DNA of 43,935 nucleotides from a virus (taxonomy: Duplodnaviria; Caudoviricetes): the IMG/VR virus record IMGVR_UViG_3300032253_000248, positions 1-43,935 of that record. One strand, written 5' to 3'. Both the position numbers and the translations under genes were made by a program. Below are positions 10,101 through 18,509 of the stretch, one piece after another; the first letter of the stretch is position 1, and the number at the start of each line of letters is the position of its first letter. The notes below the pieces were generated by a model, which saw only the letters and a list, made by a program, of their open reading frames with translations, searched no databases and was not told where the DNA came from.

Positions 10101-12667
10101 ACACCTTGAAGAACTTGCCCGCCACTATCAATAACAACGCCTTCATCTTCCCCAGAACCGATGTAATTGCCAGTTTTAGTATCTTTAGTAAAACCTTTTG
10201 CAATCAATGATTTAACATCTACTGTCTCTAATGGACTTCCTACATTTCCTCCAAATAAGCTTGTTGAGAACTGTTTAGCAATGGGGCTTAAAGCATCTTT
10301 TCCAATATCTTTAAATGCATTTTTCAGGAAATCTTTAAAATTATCAAACTTACCAGTGATTAAGTCAAAAAAGTTAGTTTCAAAACTTTTAGCCATTGAT
10401 TTAGCTACGTTGCCCCAAATATCTATAACTTCTTTTGCGCCTTTTTTACTATTTTTAATCAGCTTATCAATGTATTCTATTTTGTGCAATTTAAGCATGT
10501 CTTCTATTTGGTCTTTTTCCAACCCTTGAAGCGTTTTTTGGTATATCTCCTTTTCTATTTTCCAAGCTTCTTCAAAATCGCCCATTTTTTCAAAGTATTC
10601 TTTTTGTAGCTCTAATTTTTTCTTTTGCAATTTTTCATCAGCTACTATTGCTTTGGCTTTTGAAATAAGTTTGCCTTCTTCAAACGCCATATAATCTTGC
10701 GCTATAACTTGAAGGTTTCTTGTGTAATTTTTGTTTATTTCTTGTATCGCTACTGAATTACCTTTGTATTTTGCTACCAGCTCATCATATGCATTTGAAT
10801 ATGCTGTGAAAACTGTTTCTACATCTTTCGCACTCAAATCTTTATTAAGAGAAAAGCTTGAGAAGGCATCTCTACTTTCACCACCAACAGCAAAAATTTC
10901 TCTTGTAGCTTTGCTTGTTTCAAGAGACTTTTCAATAATTTTATCAAGACTAATTATTTGTTCTCTATTTTTTTGAACTTTTTCATTTGCTTGTTTGATA
11001 TACTCATTGTGATCAAAGTCATTTGATTTTTTAAGAGCTTTTAATATGTTTATACTGCGCTCTGTTTGCTTGATAAATTTAGAGTTATCTACAAAAGGCA
11101 AGGTATCAATCGCTTTATATAAAGCAAGCTGTATCTCTTTACCTAATAGTTTAATGTTGAGTATAAAAGAAGTGAATAGAGTTTCAATATTACTGTAAAG
11201 TGATTTGAACCCAATCGTAGCATTTTCAATAATCAAAAGCCCATTTTTAAAACCATCCCCCATTACTGAAAAAGCCATCGTCACACCAGTAACCATGTCT
11301 TGAAAAGTTGGAAGCCATGAAAATAAATTAAAAACATCAGAAGATGCGCTTTTCATTGAATCACGCATTGTTTGAAAACTATTTGCTAATGCACTAAAAG
11401 CTTCTGTGCCTTGATAATATACATTGTGGTAATTTTCAATCCACTTGTCCGTATTTGATTTTACAAACAGCGTTGTTTTTTCTATTTGGTCTTTAAAATC
11501 TTCAAATAATGGCTTAGTAGCCTCTATTTTTAATGTATCAAAAGCATCAGTCATTCTTGCAGTAAGTCTTGAGAATGTTCGTTGTTCTCCAAGTTGTTCA
11601 AACGGCTCCATTACTCTACGCAGTAAAGCATCTAACCCGCCAGCAATTTTTTTAGCTTCTCTCACTTGCTCATTTGCATTTCTTGCTGAACCAAAAATAA
11701 GTTTAGCAATACGGCTGTTTTGGTCTGCCGTACCTTCCATTAATGAACGAACTTCCTCGTTAAGCTGAACCATTGGCATACCAATTGAAGAAGCAATATT
11801 CGTCATTTGTTTTGCCATATAAATTGTATTATCAATGGTCTCTTGGGTTGATGCCCCCATAGCATCACCAGCAGATAATGCAGAACCGATAGCTTGCTGG
11901 AATGTTTCTGTTAATTGAGGGAAAGTCGCCGCTGTTTCAATTGATGCCTCTTTAATATCTCGTACTGTTTTTGCAGATAGAGCCATTGATGCAATAAATT
12001 TTTGAGTTGTGCTTATGCCTTGAGTATTGGCAGATATTAATGCACCAATACCAGCTGTAGAGTCTTCAATCTTTTTATTAAGCTCTATCCCTTGCCCAAC
12101 AAAAATATCTATAGCTGACGATACTGCGTAGTACCCAACTACTAATGATTCAAGTTGTCTAATATGTCTTATGACTAAATTCCCAGTGCTTCTTCTTACA
12201 GCATTCTCTTTTTCTCTTGATTTAGTGGTTTTATCAATAGAATTTTTCTCTCTATCGTAACCTTTTCTAAGCTGGTTAGATAATTTTATCTCTTGCTTAA
12301 CTGCCGCATTCTTTTCGTGGATAACTCTTTTTTGTTTAATAATCTCTCTGGTTAAAAGATTTTCAATCTCAAGTTCTTTCTTTTTAATATTAGAGTCAAT
12401 TGATGTACGCTCTTTGCCTTTTGCATTTGCGTATAATGACTTTAATTGTAGAAGTTCAGATTGTAACTCTTTAACACCTTTTATATCAGACTCTACAGCA
12501 CCTTTAACAATGCCTTTTTTATTTGCTCTTAACAGCTCAAGATTATCTTTTAAATCTAAAGTCTCTTTTGAAAGAGCCTTTAGATTTTCAAGTGATTTTT
12601 TAAGCTCTGGGGTTAAAGCATCTTTTGCTTCAAGTTCAACTATTACTTTGCTCGTTCCCATTGTCAC
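7109..12667 (-). CDS. Tail tape measure protein
   Basis: 1852 aa, helical, Gly-rich hydrophobic segment, C-terminal GYESGGYT...GAVHGKEWV motif. Confidence 0.92.
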   Translation of the reverse strand: MTMGTSKVIVELEAKDALTPELKKSLENLKALSKETLDLKDNLELLRANKKGIVKGAVESDIKGVKELQSELLQLKSLYANAKGKERTSIDSNIKKKELEIENLLTREIIKQKRVIHEKNAAVKQEIKLSNQLRKGYDREKNSIDKTTKSREKENAVRRSTGNLVIRHIRQLESLVVGYYAVSSAIDIFVGQGIELNKKIEDSTAGIGALISANTQGISTTQKFIASMALSAKTVRDIKEASIETAATFPQLTETFQQAIGSALSAGDAMGASTQETIDNTIYMAKQMTNIASSIGMPMVQLNEEVRSLMEGTADQNSRIAKLIFGSARNANEQVREAKKIAGGLDALLRRVMEPFEQLGEQRTFSRLTARMTDAFDTLKIEATKPLFEDFKDQIEKTTLFVKSNTDKWIENYHNVYYQGTEAFSALANSFQTMRDSMKSASSDVFNLFSWLPTFQDMVTGVTMAFSVMGDGFKNGLLIIENATIGFKSLYSNIETLFTSFILNIKLLGKEIQLALYKAIDTLPFVDNSKFIKQTERSINILKALKKSNDFDHNEYIKQANEKVQKNREQIISLDKIIEKSLETSKATREIFAVGGESRDAFSSFSLNKDLSAKDVETVFTAYSNAYDELVAKYKGNSVAIQEINKNYTRNLQVIAQDYMAFEEGKLISKAKAIVADEKLQKKKLELQKEYFEKMGDFEEAWKIEKEIYQKTLQGLEKDQIEDMLKLHKIEYIDKLIKNSKKGAKEVIDIWGNVAKSMAKSFETNFFDLITGKFDNFKDFLKNAFKDIGKDALSPIAKQFSTSLFGGNVGSPLETVDVKSLIAKGFTKDTKTGNYIGSGEDEGVVIDSGGQVLQGVMRLAGQGVLSSQTPTLKAGVDAIGVAEQGVGLSDGVSFASGAYNIYKLATEGISASYASATAPILSGAEYLASGLQSVGLVSASAAAGIETFTAGVLHPFTDLSALAGQQGGSALVYGQALGGAIVGGVAGFAAGSIGDALLDQNTYADVGGAIGGAIGGGILAATALTNPIGWAALAAGVLIGGAFGRDEQMGSGYELKNASSANNTSGIIGYQDWQNDGGWFSGTKRWQKDTALTSSQKNIIDGLFYSYEYLLDSLRDGKDVIVQAGKYSGTELLDTALPKAFIQAFTSLSNIPATIGDSELDKVYNAWADYAKSFGKTVTEALTETVNGFITAQDNWKRTVAQINGDDILAYDINAQTKKVENQVAVYGSLLPKVDGLQTALDNLDFETFTELSDKAINGQSFSPEIINNIIAIGNELGKLASLKAQLAEQLEAEQKAEQDKLLAYKETISKNFNSLLNPDMLYIDGKEWVDIGKSSAWAFEVGAEGIKKAANEVKYNLINNPELDESKSILDSTTKFLNSANKSLQTFTANLKQLSETIAQDIISLNPSTTSRFKSINNVAYGLSNSSTENFATDAVGMRTAILKWQSDATNAKREYDAIFGKKLTIDDAVNNVILSAKNGGDIATALGDYRSVLDSQKSTLNLQTNLISNIANVVDGIYDFTKRLSIDESVSYLNASQRSDVAKTEYSTAVKALKTAITSGDEKEVGLQLGRVQEYAGSYLENLKQSTTASDYAYQFDKTIQELDALDTVANAQIISLETQDAQLKTSVDNADNNKKVKDAIERYFPELKLEQSKLNKLASDELGKLNSLINEKKFNPIVNVASPQVIVDVKVENGQVTQTQIKSVNPVYTPNKYAEFSYEEMYKLGVNSDNLNADLAARLSETSAVYGTDFKKDVDNWLDKYGYESGGYTPNVPTNKIAGAVHGKEWVAPAWMLNSPKHSKQIAKLESARTGKGDDRGEQLLYESTLTLKKMKNLLDKLDREGILTRAAS

Positions 12668-12905
12668 TATCCTTTCTTAAGTTGTATTGCTCTATCTCTT
12701 GAATTAAATTCATGTTGTAAGGAGTTAGCTCAAAACCAAATATCTCTGCTACCTTATCAACAGCAACGTAATCCAATCCCGTTGCACCATTAAATGAAGT
12801 CCTCCATTGAGAACTTATTTTCCCAAAAAACTCGATTACATCAAGTACACATTTATGTATTTTTGGCGGTCTTACTTCTTCTGGTAAATCTTCTCCAATA
12901 TCCAA
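12636..12905 (-). CDS. Tail assembly chaperone T part (DUF1799-like), probably made as a G-T frameshift fusion
   Basis: SQWRTSFNGATGLDY motif; frame stays open upstream across the end of the G gene. Confidence 0.8.
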   Translation of the reverse strand: MDIGEDLPEEVRPPKIHKCVLDVIEFFGKISSQWRTSFNGATGLDYVAVDKVAEIFGFELTPYNMNLIQEIEQYNLRKDSDNGNEQSNS

Positions 12906-12961
12906 AGCTATTTTTAAATAACTCTGGATACTTTCATCATTTGCCCACTCTAAGTACCGCC

Positions 12962-13234
12962 TTAACTCTTTACGGCTACGTCTTCACTTGGGTTGTAAGT
13001 CGCCTGAATAACTCTGAGTAAAAATGCTAAAAGAACTGCATACTCTAATTTTTCATAGGTCTCTGCTTTTACTTCACGTAGTTCTAATAATGCTACAAGA
13101 GCTTTCTCTTCTGCATCACCATTACTTAACTCACGTAAATTTATCTTTTTTGTTTTCAAAGTTTTTGTCTCTTTGAAAGTTAAAGAGCTGGCTACAGATT
13201 CTAATTCTTCTGGTAATTTTTTTAAGTTTTCCAT
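12962..13234 (-). CDS. Tail assembly chaperone G
   Basis: Between tail tube and T ORF; RBS AAGGA. Confidence 0.7.
   Translation of the reverse strand: MENLKKLPEELESVASSLTFKETKTLKTKKINLRELSNGDAEEKALVALLELREVKAETYEKLEYAVLLAFLLRVIQATYNPSEDVAVKS
12968..12974 (-). other. Candidate -1 ribosomal frameshift site C GTA AAG
   Basis: A_AAG shifty tetramer within the short overlap of the G frame and the -1 frame. Confidence 0.65.
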
Positions 13235-13244
13235 CTACTAATCC

Positions 13245-14393
13245 TTAGTTATAGTTTGCAACTGAATTTGTTAATTCAGCTTTTAATTTTTCTGTACCAA
13301 GTGTTTTATATCCCGTCCATGAAAGGTTAAGAGGATATTTTTCACCAACTTTTTTTGGTTCTGTTTTGAACTCAAATTTTGCTTCTGCTACTGTGAAATC
13401 TAAAACATTTAAACCATCAGCCATTGAGATAATGAATGCCACTGGTGTTTCATTTTTAGATTTTGTATAAATGCCTTCATTAAATAAACTCGACATAGAA
13501 CCATCTAGCATCACTTTTGTATCATCAACTTGCCCAGCATTTGCACCTCCACCAAGTGTTTGTGTTGCTTCTGTACCTCTATCAAGAGAGAATGAAAAAT
13601 CTTTTGCTAATGAGTAAGCTGTACCATCAATCTTTACTGTACAGTGAGCATTTTTGATACGCGCTTGTGGAAAGATTACTTTGTTTGTTTCATCAATTTC
13701 TGTGATACTATCAACGATTGAATCTCTATGACTCATCCCCTTTGTATCAATTGTGAAGTTATAATCACCATCAGGAGAAACATTAATGTCTAATTTTCCA
13801 CCCTTAATACCGTTAAATCTATCTATTAAGTCTGTGCCACCTTCACATGCATTAGCAAGTGTGCTTTGGGCAAATAAATTTGGAAGACATTTTGTAGTAT
13901 TAAAAGTGTGTTTGTACATTTTCGCTGTAACAACATAATCCACAGTTCCATCATTCACAACATCACCAACATTTGCCGCAGAAATATCAGGCTCAGTTGC
14001 TCCAGATGTACCAGCCGTTGTTACCTTCATTGAAAGTGTCGCACTTGTTGTATTCTGAACAATTGCATCTAATGCGTATGGAGTTGTTGCTGCCCAAGCT
14101 GTACCAGCATCAGTAGTTGTAGGAACACCCATAATCATTTTGAGCGCAATACCCATTTGTTCGTAATACATTGGTGCAGTCAAAGAACCGCCAACATCAT
14201 TAAATGTACCCACTGGCTCGCCACCACTATCAATATCCCCACCGATTACATCATCAGTTTTTGTATTTCTTTTGACTACAATTCCGAAATCTGTAGCAGT
14301 AAAATAATATGGGATTAACCCTGCCCCCGATGGGTCTGCCCCAGCCGTTGTTTCAAAGCCAACTACAACTTTTTTTGCTTTTGGATTTGCCAT
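13245..14393 (-). CDS. Major tail tube protein with inserted CBM-like module
   Basis: Position, size, VVVGFETTAG N-terminus; insertion at 13926-14099. Confidence 0.85.
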   Translation of the reverse strand: MANPKAKKVVVGFETTAGADPSGAGLIPYYFTATDFGIVVKRNTKTDDVIGGDIDSGGEPVGTFNDVGGSLTAPMYYEQMGIALKMIMGVPTTTDAGTAWAATTPYALDAIVQNTTSATLSMKVTTAGTSGATEPDISAANVGDVVNDGTVDYVVTAKMYKHTFNTTKCLPNLFAQSTLANACEGGTDLIDRFNGIKGGKLDINVSPDGDYNFTIDTKGMSHRDSIVDSITEIDETNKVIFPQARIKNAHCTVKIDGTAYSLAKDFSFSLDRGTEATQTLGGGANAGQVDDTKVMLDGSMSSLFNEGIYTKSKNETPVAFIISMADGLNVLDFTVAEAKFEFKTEPKKVGEKYPLNLSWTGYKTLGTEKLKAELTNSVANYN

Positions 14394-14404
14394 TTTCGCT
14401 TCCT

Positions 14405-14890
14405 TTAATTAAAAGTTATTTTGTTGCACCCGATAATGTTGGGTACTTCAAAATTTATTTCTATTGCCCCACTGTAGTGAGGAAACGCATTTATTGGATT
14501 GTGGAAAAAAGATATGTCGAACATCTCTAAATTAGAGTACGCATCAATATTCTTTTTCAAACAATCTATGATTAAGTCACCAAGCTCTTCTAAAACATCA
14601 GTACCCGTATGCTCAATTCTGTTACCAACCACTAAAGGTTCTGTGTCACCAGTAATTACGAGATGGCATAAAATTTGATGTGTAAAATTGCTATTTGACT
14701 CACCAATTGTTTTGTCTATTGGGTCAATTAAAAAGACTGGATAATCTTCTGCTTCTGGTGGTTTTGCCTCATTTATCCCAGACATAACCAGCAATGACCT
14801 ATTAAAATTTGCAACACAAAAATGATCTATTGGTGCATCAGCTAAGATTTTGTCCATGATGAAGTTTTTAATCTCTTTGTTGCTTATCAC
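14405..14890 (-). CDS. Tail terminator-like protein
   Basis: Acidic 161-aa protein immediately upstream of the tail tube. Confidence 0.55.
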   Translation of the reverse strand: MISNKEIKNFIMDKILADAPIDHFCVANFNRSLLVMSGINEAKPPEAEDYPVFLIDPIDKTIGESNSNFTHQILCHLVITGDTEPLVVGNRIEHTGTDVLEELGDLIIDCLKKNIDAYSNLEMFDISFFHNPINAFPHYSGAIEINFEVPNIIGCNKITFN

Positions 14891-15522
14891 GCCGTTCTCC
14901 TTGATGAGCTATTTGCAGTCAGTCGTTGAACTGCCTCTAAAAAGCCATTTTGAATACGCTTAGATGTTTGACCTGATTTCGCCGCAAAAGTTGGTCTTAC
15001 AATCGCATGAGGTTGTCTTTTTACATACCCACGAGATGCAATCCCTCTGAAACCACTGCGAAAAAATAGAGCTTTCTGTTTTGTAGATAAAGTCTCTTTC
15101 CCACCAAGTTCCATTCTTTGCCCAATGGCTTTTGTCTTAGTTCCCTTTACTAATCCCATTTTCCCAGCTTCTTTTCCATCTCTAAATTTGATTGGAGAAA
15201 AGCTTTTAGTATCCATAAACCCAACAATCACTTTTGTTGAGTTTGGGTACTGTTTGAAATAGATAAAGTTCTCTAATCCATGAAGCTTTGAGCCAGTAGA
15301 TTTGTTTTCTCTTGAGAAAAGTTTTTTACTTCTTTTGTTGTAAGTAATTTTTCCATCATTAGTTAATCCCCATTTGTGGCTACCCATTGATTTTGCTTTT
15401 CTCTTCATTGCTTTTTGCAAGTCAGAACCAGCTTTACTTAATGCTTCATTTGCAAAATTAGGAGCAAATTGTTTTAACTGTAATAACAGTGGAGTTGCCC
15501 CATCTATTACCATCGTACTCAT
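14887..15522 (-). CDS. Tail completion/neck protein
   Basis: Highly basic, C-terminal HAIVRPTF motif, neck position. Confidence 0.55.
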   Translation of the reverse strand: MSTMVIDGATPLLLQLKQFAPNFANEALSKAGSDLQKAMKRKAKSMGSHKWGLTNDGKITYNKRSKKLFSRENKSTGSKLHGLENFIYFKQYPNSTKVIVGFMDTKSFSPIKFRDGKEAGKMGLVKGTKTKAIGQRMELGGKETLSTKQKALFFRSGFRGIASRGYVKRQPHAIVRPTFAAKSGQTSKRIQNGFLEAVQRLTANSSSRRTA

Positions 15523-15854
15523 CGTCTGTACCCACTTCTTGAAGGGGTTGGGATTTTTGAGTTAATGACTTTTAAAACAGTCCAAGCACCATGAATTTCA
15601 TGGTTTTCAACACTCCACGTAACACCATCTAGTTCAATAGTTTCATCTTGTTTAGGCGTAAAAGCGAGTATCATAAAAAATAGTGACTCGTTTTGCTTAA
15701 CATCAATACCTTTTAGAAAAGACCCCATTAGCACGGGATTAGTAATACACTTAGAATTAACTTGAGTAGTATCTTCTTTTGTGTACACGCAAGAGCTACC
15801 AATATCATTGATAACCTCTTGTGCGCTAAGTGTTAATGAATCTTGAAAAGACAT
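15519..15854 (-). CDS. Head closure (FII-like) protein
   Basis: PKQDETIELDGVTWSV motif; follows the head genes. Confidence 0.6.
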   Translation of the reverse strand: MSFQDSLTLSAQEVINDIGSSCVYTKEDTTQVNSKCITNPVLMGSFLKGIDVKQNESLFFMILAFTPKQDETIELDGVTWSVENHEIHGAWTVLKVINSKIPTPSRSGYRR

Positions 15855-15858
15855 TTAC

Positions 15859-16353
15859 TTAGCGACCTAACTCGAAAGATACAGTTGATGCGGTTGCGCC
15901 AACTACTGTTCCACCAGAATTGTTTTTAGTTACAACATAAGCTACTGTTCCATCATTTACAACGTCACCAACATTTGCCGCTGCTAAATCAGGTTCAGTT
16001 GTCGCATCACTTGTTCCAGCCGTTGTTACAGCTAAAGAAAGCGTTGCACTTGTAGTTACAGTTACAATCTCATTTGCTGCATAAGCAGTAGAAGCTGCCC
16101 AAGCTTTACGCTCTGCTACAACTCCCTCAAGTGTTACATATGCTTTATCACCTACAGTAAAAGTTCCAGTTGCAGTAGCTTCTTGGAACTTTCCGCTTAG
16201 TGTTAAAGCCACTACATCACCAGCCAAACCCCCAGTTTCGCAAACTCCTACCATACTACCTACAGTAACGAGTTGACCTACTGCCGCATCAGCGGCTAAG
16301 GTAATATCAGTTCTATAAAGTGGTTGTCCACCATCAGCTATTAAAGTTGCCAT
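15859..16353 (-). CDS. DUF2190-like capsid decoration protein with inserted CBM-like module
   Basis: VGQLVTVGSMVGV...LTLSGKF...FTVGDKAY pattern directly after the MCP; insertion at 15928-16104. Confidence 0.75.
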   Translation of the reverse strand: MATLIADGGQPLYRTDITLAADAAVGQLVTVGSMVGVCETGGLAGDVVALTLSGKFQEATATGTFTVGDKAYVTLEGVVAERKAWAASTAYAANEIVTVTTSATLSLAVTTAGTSDATTEPDLAAANVGDVVNDGTVAYVVTKNNSGGTVVGATASTVSFELGR

Positions 16354-16355
16354 TA

Positions 16356-18509
16356 CTATAATCCTTTCTGTTTGTATAGACCTCTAAAGTCTTCAACTGT
16401 TAATCCGAAATCAAATGCGATTTCATACTCTAAGCCATGAATTTGACTATTGCGTACAAGCTCTACAATTGGACGGTCACCAGTACTTTCTAAATAACCA
16501 GTTTTAATAGTTAATTTATCTGCTGCAACGAACCAGTTTGTTTGACCGTTAAGCTCATGCTCTGCAATAACATTGAATTTTCCAGCGGCAGGGTTGAAAC
16601 TCGTTGAGTTTTTATCTGGGTCAGACGTTGGGTTAATAACTGCCCCTACAGCCCATGATTTTACAAATGGAACAATCAAAAATTTTGGAACTATTGCAAG
16701 TTGAGAGCCGTCAAAATCTTTTTGTGCTGCAATTCCCATGAATGACTCTTCAAGAGATGCTAAAGTTACCGCTTTAGCTGTAGTTTGCTGATTTTTATGA
16801 TTAGTTGTTTCAAACACAGCTTTTCCATCAGCCATCGTGTAGCCAGAAAAATCATTACGTGCAAGTAACAAGTCATATACTTGTTTATTTTTAAAACGTT
16901 CTATTCCTTCAATCATGTCTTGCAAATCATCAGTGAATGCTTTTAAATCATCATTGATAATTGTCTCTGCGCTAATAGAGAATTTTTTAGCGTAACGGAA
17001 AATACGCCATGTTTGACCTTCTTCAGTTTTTGAACCATATTCAAGAGAGCCACCTTCTGAAAGCTTTTTAAACCCAGTACCAAATGAACCTTTTCGAACT
17101 TCAGTTTGAATTTTAAAATCTTTCATTGAAACACTTTTAGTCCATGCGCGGTAAGTAACAGGGGCTTTATCGTAAGCTTGCTTAATTACTTTATTTTGAA
17201 CATTTGACAAAATTAATGGGAACATTCCAGTATTCATACTAGCTGCTACATCATGATTTGAAACATTGTTTAAGTTCATATCATTGGCATCTGCTAAGAT
17301 TTGGAGCATACTTTTACCACTAACTTTAGACGCATCTTGGTGCAATGTTTCACCAGCGAATAAACTATCTCCAAGCCCAGCTTTAATGATGATTGCATCT
17401 GCAAAAGCATCTATACTTAACTTATTTGTTTCATTTGAACCTACTGTAGGTACAACTTGTTTTGCGGTTTGTTTTTCAAGTATCGCTTTTGAAACTGTCA
17501 ACTCAGTTTCTTTTTTGTCGCTAATGAAAGCAGCTACTTCATCTGGGGCGAACACGTTGGGAAAACTAGATAAAACTGCATTAATACCTGCAATTCTGTC
17601 AGTATCCTTTTTCTCATCTTGCAACTGTTTAATAGTTGCTTTTGCTTGTTGAAGGTCTGCATCTACAGTTGTTGATGCAACTACTTCATTCTCTTCTTTT
17701 GCCATTACCGTTTCTCCTTGTAAATTTGAATTTAAGTCTTGTACGACATCTTCTAAAGACTTGATTTCGTCAGCCAAACCAACATCAATTGCGGCTTGAC
17801 CTACGAAAACACTTCCTTCACCAAAGCGACTTACCACAACCTCAGTGCTGATGCCAAGATGGAGCGCGACCGACTCTATGAATACTTTTGCATAGCTATC
17901 TATTCTGCTTTGGTATTCTTTTTTCCCCTCATCTGATTCTGGGTCAGGAGCTTTATTTTTTGATTGAGATGAGACGAAGAAAACTCTGTCTTCCTCTTTT
18001 TTTCTAATAGCCATGATTGCGCCGATATTCCCAATGGTGCTTGTATCTTCTATGTAGACTTTAGAGGCGGCACTTGAAACCCAATAAGCCGCACTTGCAG
18101 AAGTTCCTTTTACGTGAGCTACAATCTTTTCTCTATTTTCATAAACTAATTTTGCTAATTCAGAAGTCCCACTAACCATTCCACCGCCACTATCAACACT
18201 TAGAACGATATTGTCTATGTCTTGGTCGGCTAACACTTTTTCTAAGTCTGCTTTGACTCTCTCTGTAGAAACTGCACCACATACATCAGTGAATACATCC
18301 CCATAACGAACCATGCTTCCTGATAGATTTACGATTGCAGTTCTGCCTTGGATAGATGTTCTTGCAGTTGTGCTTTCGTTTAAAACATTTCTTGCTTCTA
18401 CTAAAGAAGTAAGCTCTTGCGTATTACGCATTGCTACATCAATAATATTTTGCATATTGTCTTGTGTGGTTAGCCACACATTGTTGAAAATAGCCTCAGT
18501 TAAATTCAT
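16356..18509 (-). CDS. S49 prohead protease fused to scaffold and major capsid protein
   Basis: DSGGG and SASAAYW S49 motifs; C-terminal FPLILSNV, DFK and IINDDL...F capsid motifs. Confidence 0.9.
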   Translation of the reverse strand: MNLTEAIFNNVWLTTQDNMQNIIDVAMRNTQELTSLVEARNVLNESTTARTSIQGRTAIVNLSGSMVRYGDVFTDVCGAVSTERVKADLEKVLADQDIDNIVLSVDSGGGMVSGTSELAKLVYENREKIVAHVKGTSASAAYWVSSAASKVYIEDTSTIGNIGAIMAIRKKEEDRVFFVSSQSKNKAPDPESDEGKKEYQSRIDSYAKVFIESVALHLGISTEVVVSRFGEGSVFVGQAAIDVGLADEIKSLEDVVQDLNSNLQGETVMAKEENEVVASTTVDADLQQAKATIKQLQDEKKDTDRIAGINAVLSSFPNVFAPDEVAAFISDKKETELTVSKAILEKQTAKQVVPTVGSNETNKLSIDAFADAIIIKAGLGDSLFAGETLHQDASKVSGKSMLQILADANDMNLNNVSNHDVAASMNTGMFPLILSNVQNKVIKQAYDKAPVTYRAWTKSVSMKDFKIQTEVRKGSFGTGFKKLSEGGSLEYGSKTEEGQTWRIFRYAKKFSISAETIINDDLKAFTDDLQDMIEGIERFKNKQVYDLLLARNDFSGYTMADGKAVFETTNHKNQQTTAKAVTLASLEESFMGIAAQKDFDGSQLAIVPKFLIVPFVKSWAVGAVINPTSDPDKNSTSFNPAAGKFNVIAEHELNGQTNWFVAADKLTIKTGYLESTGDRPIVELVRNSQIHGLEYEIAFDFGLTVEDFRGLYKQKGL

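Noticed and set aside
8418-12680. Plus-strand ORFs inside the tape measure gene (and similar antisense ORFs at 2423, 3151, 17266, 24213, 29666, 35106, 36905)
   Set aside because: Shadow frames of well-supported genes; no RBS or protein-like motifs
13926-16104. Duplicated module as a DGR template/variable repeat pair
   Set aside because: No reverse transcriptase in the window; differences are not adenine-specific and include an indel; both copies are coding
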